From contig JANYBF010000286.1 of NCBI GenBank assembly GCA_025360895.1, positions 1-45,323 on the forward strand: DNA of 45,323 nt. Direction: 5' to 3'. This document shows positions 9,394 through 15,309 of this stretch, one piece after another. This DNA comes from Verrucomicrobiota bacterium. Its GTDB lineage: Bacteria; Verrucomicrobiota; Verrucomicrobiia; Limisphaerales; JADLHS01. The notes beneath the pieces were generated by a model. It had not been told where the DNA came from, ran no database searches, and saw only the letters and a list, made by a program, of their open reading frames with translations. The position numbers and the translations under genes were made by a program. How positions within the stretch are numbered: position 1 is the first letter of the stretch; every line of letters begins with the position of its first letter.

Positions 9394-9869
9394 ATGAAAC
9401 TGAAACATTGGATTCGATTTCTCCTTTACCGGGATTCCACCTGGCATGGGCAATTCTCGACCCTCGGTCCGCTTTTGCTTGGACGCGCGGGCCTCGAGCG
9501 CACCGTGGTGGACGTGGGGGCCAACGACGGTTTTTACAGCTCCAATTCCTACCCGTTCATTGCCCGAGGTTGGCGGGCACTGCTGATCGAACCGCATCCT
9601 GCCGCCTTCCACAAGGCAAGGCAGCTTCACCGAAAGCGGGAGCCGGTGACCTTGCTGAATGCCGCCTGTTCTGATCGGGACGGGGATCTGGAGCTGCAGA
9701 CGTACGCGGAGGACGAGGGTGGCGGCCTTCGTTTATCGGCGAAAGTGCCGGTGGTCTCAAGGAGCCCGCTCGTGCGCCGGGCCAGGCGGTTCGCGTCAAA
9801 GTTCATCGGCTGGAGACGCTCCTGGATGAGTTCGACATCCCGCGAGATTTTGAGTTGCTTACCATTGAC
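9394..9869 (+). pseudogene. FkbM-family methyltransferase, N-terminal fragment (IS-interrupted, internally frameshifted)
   Basis: VVDVGANDGFYSSNSYPF...GWRALLIEPHP is the FkbM SAM-binding block. The end of the fragment (..VRVKVHRLETLLDEFDIPRDFELLTID) is in a different frame from the N-terminus, so there is an additional 1-nt frameshift around 9715-9735. The fragment stops at the IS boundary. Confidence 0.85.
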
Positions 9870-9885
9870 TCCCCAAACCTTAGCG
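9865..9885. repeat. left target-site duplication TTGAC (9865-9869) plus left inverted repeat TCCCCAAACCTTAGCG (9870-9885)
   Basis: It is the exact reverse complement of 11533-11548. TTGAC is repeated at 11549-11553. Confidence 0.9.
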
Positions 9886-11548
9886 AAGAGTTCAGGGGAT
9901 GCACCTGTGGGTGAAAAAAAGTCGCTTTGAGGCGCAGTTTGAGCTGGAACCTTTTCCGTAGGTATGCTGACATGGCCGCATGCCTGCCATTCATAAAGGT
10001 TCGCCCAAGATCAAATTCCAGTTCGTCGCTTCTCAACGCCAGTCGGTGTTGGGCGGTTTGCCGCCATCGAAGCGATGGCGCAACAGTTCGATCTGTGGGG
10101 CAGTCTCCGCCGCCTGCGCCTGATTGATCCCCGCAAACGCCAGGGCAGCGGTTTCGGCCCGGATGCCATCGTCGCCCAGTTCCTCTATTGTTTCGCGGCG
10201 AGCGGCGTTTCGCTGGCCGATGCGGAGCGGCTGGAGGAGGATTCGCCGGCCCGCCGGCTGGCGCGCATGGACGGCTTTGCCGATGAAACCACGCTGGGCG
10301 AATGGTTGCGGGCGCAAACACCGGAAAGCATTCGCGCCTTCTGGAACTTGATCCATGAGTTCATCGTGTGGGCGGCCCAACGTGCCGAGGCCGGGCGTTG
10401 GAAATACTCGGGCCGTGCCGAGGTGTTCTTCGACGACACGCAACTGGAGGTCACCGGCAAAAAGTTTGAAGGGGCGAAGATGAACTACAACGGCGACGTG
10501 GCGTTGTCGTGGCAAACCTGCTGGTTCGGGCCGTGGCTGGCGGACGGACACCTGGGCAGCCCGGGCGATGTGAGCGACGCGTTGCCGGAAATGCTGGCGC
10601 GGCAGCGTCGTTGTGGGCTGGGGGAGAGAGTGATTTTCTGGCCGACAGCGGTTCGAGTGCGGTCAAGTATCTCACAGGGATCAGCGGCGCGGGCTTCACG
10701 CATTGGAGCGTGAGTTACAACAAATGGAGCAGCGCGCTGGAACGCACGGCGAGCGAACAACCTGAGAGCGCGTGGGGACAGGTCGTCCCATCCCAGTGGC
10801 GCGATGGCACGGCGATGACGGAGCAACACTGTTTGATCCGGCACACGCCCGCCGAGAGCGCCGCGACCTTCACGTTTGCAACGGTGCGGTTTCGCAAAGA
10901 GGAGGAAATGTTCTGGAGTTACCGCTTCCTGGCGTGCGAAGGCACGCGGCCCGATGCGGTGGCGATCTTCGCGCGGCACAAACTCAAAGGCGAGAAGGAG
11001 CAGTTGCTCAAGGAAGTGCTGCGCGGCTTGGACCTGCATCATCCGCCGTGCGCAGAGTTGAATGCCAACGCGATGTTCTACGCGATTGCGGCGCTGGCCT
11101 ACAATCTGTTGGTCACGGTAAAACTGCTGTGCCTGCCGGAGGAGTGCCAGCGCTGGCAGGTCAAAACGATGCTGCGCCAGATCATCCGGTTGCCGGCGAC
11201 ATTAGTTCGGCACGCGCGGTGGTTGGTGGCGCGCGTGGAAGTGCCCGCCAGTTGGCTGGGATGGTGGACGGACTGGCAGCAACGTTGGTGGAACGGCGCG
11301 GTGCCGGTGAAGGCATCCGGCTAAACGCCACCCAATCAAAAACAACGCGCGCCAATCGCCCCCATGAAACTGCGGCGACAAGAGCGGTGTGTACCGCATC
11401 GGCAAAAAAATCCCGGAAACGGCCTGCACACCGGTCTCAAACCCGAAATCGCAGAGGCGCCACCGCGCCTCCGCCTCGTATCTCACCCTCAAGCCAGCCA
11501 CTCGCTCGCCAAAAAATCGCGCCCTCCCGCTCCGCTAAGGTTTGGGGA
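9870..11548 (+). mobile_element. IS1380-family insertion sequence (1679 bp), transposase degenerate
   Basis: It has perfect 16-bp terminal inverted repeats and a 5-bp direct repeat of the target. It carries an internal IS1380-like DDE transposase. Removing the element restores an FkbM reading frame. Confidence 0.9.
9980..11324 (+). pseudogene. IS1380-family transposase, at least two frameshifts
   Basis: The N-terminus MPAIHKGSPKIKFQFVASQRQSVLGG is in frame 2. The middle part AIEAMAQQFDLW...IDPRKRQ...GVSLADAERLEEDSP is in frame 1. The C-terminal DFLADSGSS...HKLKGEKEQLLKEVLRGLDL...NANAMFYAIAALAYNLL is in frame 0. The order and motifs parallel ISEcp1-type IS1380 transposases. The breaks lie near 10055-10065 and 10600-10630. 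Confidence 0.8.
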
Positions 11549-11553
11549 TTGAC
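11533..11553. repeat. right inverted repeat CGCTAAGGTTTGGGGA (11533-11548) plus right target-site duplication TTGAC (11549-11553)
   Basis: It is the mirror of 9865-9885. Confidence 0.9.
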
Positions 11554-11727
11554 ACCGAAGGCCACGATTTTCCGGTGCTTCGCGGCGCGAATCTGACACG
11601 ATATCACCCGCGCGTCATCATCACTGAGAAGAATCCGGATGATGAAGCGAAATCTGCCTATCTGCGTGAGAACGGGTACCGCATTCATGCTGATTTAGCT
11701 TACGACACGGTCTGGACCCAGGTTTGA
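11549..11727 (+). pseudogene. FkbM-family methyltransferase, C-terminal fragment
   Basis: (ID)TEGHDFPVLRGANLTRYHPRVIITE is the FkbM C-terminal hallmark. It is in frame with the 9861-9869 codons once the IS and one TTGAC copy are removed. Confidence 0.85.
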
Positions 11728-11794
11728 GGCTTTGTGCGCGGGAGAAGATTTGTCCGCCACGAAGAGAAATTGGGGCCGGCGACAGTAGCGGTCG

Positions 11795-11827
11795 GCACCG
11801 CGTGGGTGTGACAGAAAGTGCGGGTCA
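11795..11827. repeat. 9-bp target-site duplication GCACCGCGT (11795-11803) plus left IR GGGTGTGACAGAAAGTGCGGGTCA (11804-11827)
   Basis: The IR matches the reverse complement of 13190-13213 at 23 of 24 positions. GCACCGCGT is repeated at 13214-13222. Confidence 0.9.
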
Positions 11828-11894
11828 GCATTGTTGATGCGCAAGTGATTTATCCCTGGCTCCTTGGAAGGATTTTGTATATTTGCAGTGGTTC

Positions 11895-12173
11895 ATGAAC
11901 GATGAACATTCTTCCGTACGCGTGCAGAGTTTGGACGAGCGCTTCGCCCACGATCCGATTCTGCGGGAACGCCTGCACCCAATGGCCGATCTGCGCGATG
12001 ACCTGATTGCCCGCGGTGGCTCGCTGGACGCGGTCGAAGAGCGCGTGGTTCAAGCGATTCGGTTGTTGGGTCAGGAACTCTTGGGCACGGTCGCGCAGAC
12101 CAAAGCCGATGCGCTCGCGGGCCGTGCGCGCCAGGAACATCCCGAGGCGATTGCGGACATTAAAAAAAAGTAG
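11895..12173 (+). CDS. ISKra4-family transposase, N-terminal part (orfA)
   Basis: The ATG is at 11895; the track start at 11883 is TTG. It ends ...IADIKKK followed by TAG at 12171-12173, immediately after an A8 run. Confidence 0.7.
   Translation: MNDEHSSVRVQSLDERFAHDPILRERLHPMADLRDDLIARGGSLDAVEERVVQAIRLLGQELLGTVAQTKADALAGRARQEHPEAIADIKKK
12164..12173 (+). promoter_or_regulatory. candidate -1 frameshift site A_AAA_AAG followed by TAG
   Basis: The zero-frame codons are AAA(12165) AAG(12168) TAG(12171). The -1 frame is open from 12164 and continues as KVVWFTTLGGIGIEEQ... into the transposase catalytic part. Confidence 0.5.
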
Positions 12174-12187
12174 TTTGGTTCACGACG

Positions 12188-13192
12188 TTGGGCGGGATCG
12201 GGATTGAGGAGCAAGTGCTGCGCTTGGGACGGCGCGGGCGACGCTTGCGGCCCTTCTGCCAGGCCTTGGGCCTGGGTCACCGGGGCTACTCCTTGAAGCT
12301 CCAGCGAGCGATGACGGACTTTGGGGCCGAAGAGTCTTTCCAACGGGCGTCCCAAAGATTGGCGGAGCATTATGGCATCCGCATCCACTCCGAGGCCATC
12401 CGGCAGCAGACCCTCCACCATGGCAAAGCCATTGGCGCCATCGAGCCCAAGGCGGCGGCGGTTGCCAAAACGATCGTCACCCAAATGGACGGCAGTCTGA
12501 TTCCGGTGGTTCAACCCGCCAAAAGCGGGGACAAGCGCAAGGGCAAAACCCTGGCGTGGCGGGAAGTGCGGGTCTGTTGCGCCCGAGCTGTGGGCCGGGA
12601 GAGCCGGCTTTACGGGGCGACGCTGGGAAGTTTGGAAAGTTGTTCCTTGCTCTGGGCACAGACGGCCCGCTACGCGGGTTTGAATGGCAAGACCCACGTC
12701 CACGGCGTGGGGGATGGCGCGCCTTGGATTCTGGAAAAGTTTCAGGAGAACTTTGCGCCCCAGGGCGAATACCTTTTGGACTTTTACCATGTCCGTGAAT
12801 ACCTGGCGCGGGCGGCCAAGGCCATCGTGGGAGAGAAAAAAGCCCGGGGCTGGTTGCGGCGGCAGCAAGGGCGGCTCTTGAACCACCAAGTGGCCAAAGT
12901 GCTGCGCAGCCTGGGACCTCACCGCGAACCGGAGCATGGCCCGCAGGAGACTCCGGTTCGTGCCGCCCATCGCTACCTCGACCAAAGGAAATTCCACCTC
13001 GATTATCAAAGCGCCCGCCAACGCCAACTTCCGATGGGCTCCGGTGAAATCGAAAGCACCCACCGGCATCTGATTCAAAAACGCCTCAAGCTTTCAGGGG
13101 CTTGGTGGAAAGAGACCAACGCGCAAGCGCTGATCACATTGCGCACCGCCCGCGCCAATCAATGCTGGAATACCTATTGGACCAAAAATTGA
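12188..13192 (+). CDS. ISKra4-family transposase, catalytic part (orfB; frame open from 12164)
   Basis: 334 aa from the TTG at 12188. No convincing independent start is visible, so it is most likely expressed as an orfA-orfB fusion or is a frameshifted pseudogene. The stop TGA (13190-13192) forms the first bases of the right IR. Confidence 0.75.
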   Translation: MGGIGIEEQVLRLGRRGRRLRPFCQALGLGHRGYSLKLQRAMTDFGAEESFQRASQRLAEHYGIRIHSEAIRQQTLHHGKAIGAIEPKAAAVAKTIVTQMDGSLIPVVQPAKSGDKRKGKTLAWREVRVCCARAVGRESRLYGATLGSLESCSLLWAQTARYAGLNGKTHVHGVGDGAPWILEKFQENFAPQGEYLLDFYHVREYLARAAKAIVGEKKARGWLRRQQGRLLNHQVAKVLRSLGPHREPEHGPQETPVRAAHRYLDQRKFHLDYQSARQRQLPMGSGEIESTHRHLIQKRLKLSGAWWKETNAQALITLRTARANQCWNTYWTKN

Positions 13193-13222
13193 CCCTCACT
13201 TTCTGTCACACCCGCACCGCGT
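13190..13222. repeat. right IR TGACCCTCACTTTCTGTCACACCC (13190-13213) plus 9-bp target-site duplication GCACCGCGT (13214-13222)
   Basis: It is the mirror of 11795-11827. Confidence 0.9.
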
Positions 13223-13267
13223 CGCGCGCTTGACTCCGTTCGCTGCTTGGAATTTGATGTTGGCAAC

Positions 13268-13981
13268 ATGACCAGCGGGCCATCACTTGAAAGCTATGCG
13301 CAAAACCACGAGGACATACTCGCTTGGGATTATTTCGGCCACAAGACTGACGGCTTTTTTGTCGAGGTCGGGGCCAATCATCCCACCGAACTGAGTCAGA
13401 CCTGGTTGTTGGAGCAACGCGGATGGAAGGGAATCCTGGTCGAGCCGTTGCCGGCGTGTTGCGAAAAACTCCGCGCAATCCGCAAGAACAGTCTCATCTG
13501 TGAAGCGGCGGCGGGCGCCCCGGCGCAGGTTGGCGAAGCCAACCTGAACGTGGCCCAGTCCGACGTCTGGTCTTACCTGGGTGAGGAAAACAAGGAGCTA
13601 CCACTCGCGGGGCGGATCAAAGTCAGGGTGCGGACGCTCGATAACATTCTGGAAGAACTGCGCGCACCGCAGGTGGATTTATTGTCCATCGATACGGAGG
13701 GGATGGAAATCGAGGTGTTGCGTGGACTAAATCTGCAACAACGCCGTCCCGCCTTGGTTTTGCTCGAAGACCACATGGAAACTTTGGACCTCTTCTTTTA
13801 CATGCGGCGCGCGGGGTACAAGCTCCTCAAACGCACCGGTCCCAACAATTGGTGGGCGCCGGCCGCCGCGAAAGCCATGCCGATGACAATGGGGGAGCGA
13901 CTTTCGTTGTTGAACCGCATCTGGTTTCGGTACCCGCGGCGGCGGCTCCAGTGGTTGTTGGGGATGCATCCACATTCGTGA
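13268..13981 (+). CDS. FkbM-family methyltransferase
   Basis: FFVEVGANHPTELSQTWLLEQRGWKGILVEPLP and LLSIDTEGMEIEVLRGL are FkbM hallmarks. The first ATG is at 13268; the track start at 13247 is TTG. Confidence 0.85.
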   Translation: MTSGPSLESYAQNHEDILAWDYFGHKTDGFFVEVGANHPTELSQTWLLEQRGWKGILVEPLPACCEKLRAIRKNSLICEAAAGAPAQVGEANLNVAQSDVWSYLGEENKELPLAGRIKVRVRTLDNILEELRAPQVDLLSIDTEGMEIEVLRGLNLQQRRPALVLLEDHMETLDLFFYMRRAGYKLLKRTGPNNWWAPAAAKAMPMTMGERLSLLNRIWFRYPRRRLQWLLGMHPHS

Positions 13982-13986
13982 ATGTC

Positions 13987-14006
13987 CCCGGGCCGCCCGG
14001 CCCGGG
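13987..14006. terminator. GC hairpin between convergent FkbM genes
   Basis: CCCGGGCC-gccc-GGCCCGGG forms an 8-bp perfect stem with a 4-nt loop. It lies in the 31-bp gap between the stops at 13981 and 14013. No clear U-tract follows, so its function is uncertain. Confidence 0.3.
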
Positions 14007-14012
14007 TCAGTT

Positions 14013-14744
14013 TCAACGGTGCGGGGCAAACATCATTTCACACCACATGAGACGATTCTGTGCCGAGTGGGCAAAATCATAAAAGCCCATCAAGTCATAC
14101 TGATACTTTGCCAGCAGCGTAATCAGGTCTTGCAGCGTCGCCTGATTTTCGTAAAGCGAGATGAAACTGACTTCCAGGACGATGCAGCCAATTTTGTGGG
14201 CGGATAGAAATTCTTGCGCGCCCTTCAGCACAAACAGTTCAAAGCCCTGTACATCCATTTTCAGGAGATCAATGCCGGCCACGGGCGTCTGCTGACAGAA
14301 CGCGTCGAGCGTCGTTATCTCGACCTCGATCTTCCGCTGGCAGTCAATGACCGCCGGCCCCAGATACTCCTGGCTCTGCGGGTTCGCCGACAAAATCGAA
14401 TTGGTCTGGTGAAATGCGTTTTCGTTGAAGGCCACCCGGCCAGGGGCTTCGCCCAGGGCCTGGTTGACCGCGGTCAGCCGCGGCTGGTCTCCGGCAAAAC
14501 GGCTCAATTTTTGAAACGTGGCCGGCGTGGGTTCAAAACTGAAAATTCGGGCTTGCGGGAAATGCCGCAGAAATTCCCGCGCGCTTTGGCCTTCATTGGC
14601 ACCCACATCGAAAACGGTTTTGATTTCGCCGGAGGCAAGGACCGTTTTCACATCTGACCAGAGATGGTGACCAAACTCGACTTTGGTGATTTCGTAGCCG
14701 ATCAACGGCTTCAAAATCCGGTTGAGGTTATATCTGACTCTCAT
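14013..14744 (-). CDS. FkbM-family methyltransferase
   Basis: VFDVGANEGQSAREFLRHFPQARIFSFEPTP and IDLLKMDVQGFELFVLKGA are FkbM hallmarks. Confidence 0.85.
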   Translation of the reverse strand: MRVRYNLNRILKPLIGYEITKVEFGHHLWSDVKTVLASGEIKTVFDVGANEGQSAREFLRHFPQARIFSFEPTPATFQKLSRFAGDQPRLTAVNQALGEAPGRVAFNENAFHQTNSILSANPQSQEYLGPAVIDCQRKIEVEITTLDAFCQQTPVAGIDLLKMDVQGFELFVLKGAQEFLSAHKIGCIVLEVSFISLYENQATLQDLITLLAKYQYDLMGFYDFAHSAQNRLMWCEMMFAPHR

Positions 14745-15309
14745 ACGGCAGCGGCGGACGAAGTTGTCAGGTCCATAGTTATGGCGTCAGAGATGCCAGA
14801 GTCACACCGGAGCGTCAACTTGATATCCCAGTCCGCCCCGGCGTTCGGAAAATCGAACGCGCTCCTGAAACAAAGTTCAGAAGTTCAAGCGGCGGCGGAT
14901 TGGAATTGTGATCATAGGCCCCGGAGTTATGAACTTTACGCCAAGGCAGATGGGCGATGGCCCGCAATACGGAATGATGCGGTCGGAATGCAACGCAACG
15001 GCGCAAAGGTGCGAAGACGCCAAGCTGGGCCGGCAAACGGCAAAAGAAGGCACGACCGCCTGACCCACACCAGCCAGTGATGCCCGTTCGGCGGATTTCT
15101 TGTTCTTTGCGCCTTCGTCCCTTTGCCCCTTTGCGTTATCAAGTCTTCCGAATGGATTCGGATAAGAACTGCACTGGGGCCGGAAGCTTACAGACTTGGA
15201 AGCGGTCGCGTCGAATTGAGATGTTTGCGTTGACAACCCGGCTTCGCAGGCAATAGTGGAGTCAGCCTACTTTCGTGAAAACGCACTAGGAAAATAAAAA
15301 TCTACGGCC

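Larger units (their letters stand above)
11804..13213 (+). mobile_element. ISKra4-family insertion sequence (1410 bp)
   Basis: It has 24-bp IRs starting with GGG and a 9-bp direct repeat. The transposase carries DGAPWI...DFYHVREYL...LPMGSGEIESTHRHLIQKRLKLSGAWW, which is characteristic of ISKra4-type DDE transposases. It is inserted in the intergenic region between two FkbM genes. Confidence 0.85.

Noticed and set aside
9927-10127. 66-aa ORF at the left end of the IS1380 element
   Set aside because: It is in the third frame relative to the two frames that carry transposase-like sequence, so it is a by-product of the frameshifted region.
12071-13078. 335-aa ORF on the minus strand inside the ISKra4 element
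   Set aside because: It is fully antisense to the recognisable transposase ORF, its composition is Ala/Arg/Gly/Pro-rich, and it has no recognisable motifs. This is a typical high-GC shadow ORF.
14745-15309. ORFs 14664-15080 (+), 14877-15236 (-) and others in the 565-bp spacer between the FkbM gene and the secreted CBM protein
   Set aside because: They are mutually overlapping ORFs with no motifs, signal peptides or sensible starts. The region includes a pyrimidine-rich low-complexity tract (15096-15140). I treat it as a non-coding divergent promoter region, but a small gene cannot be excluded.
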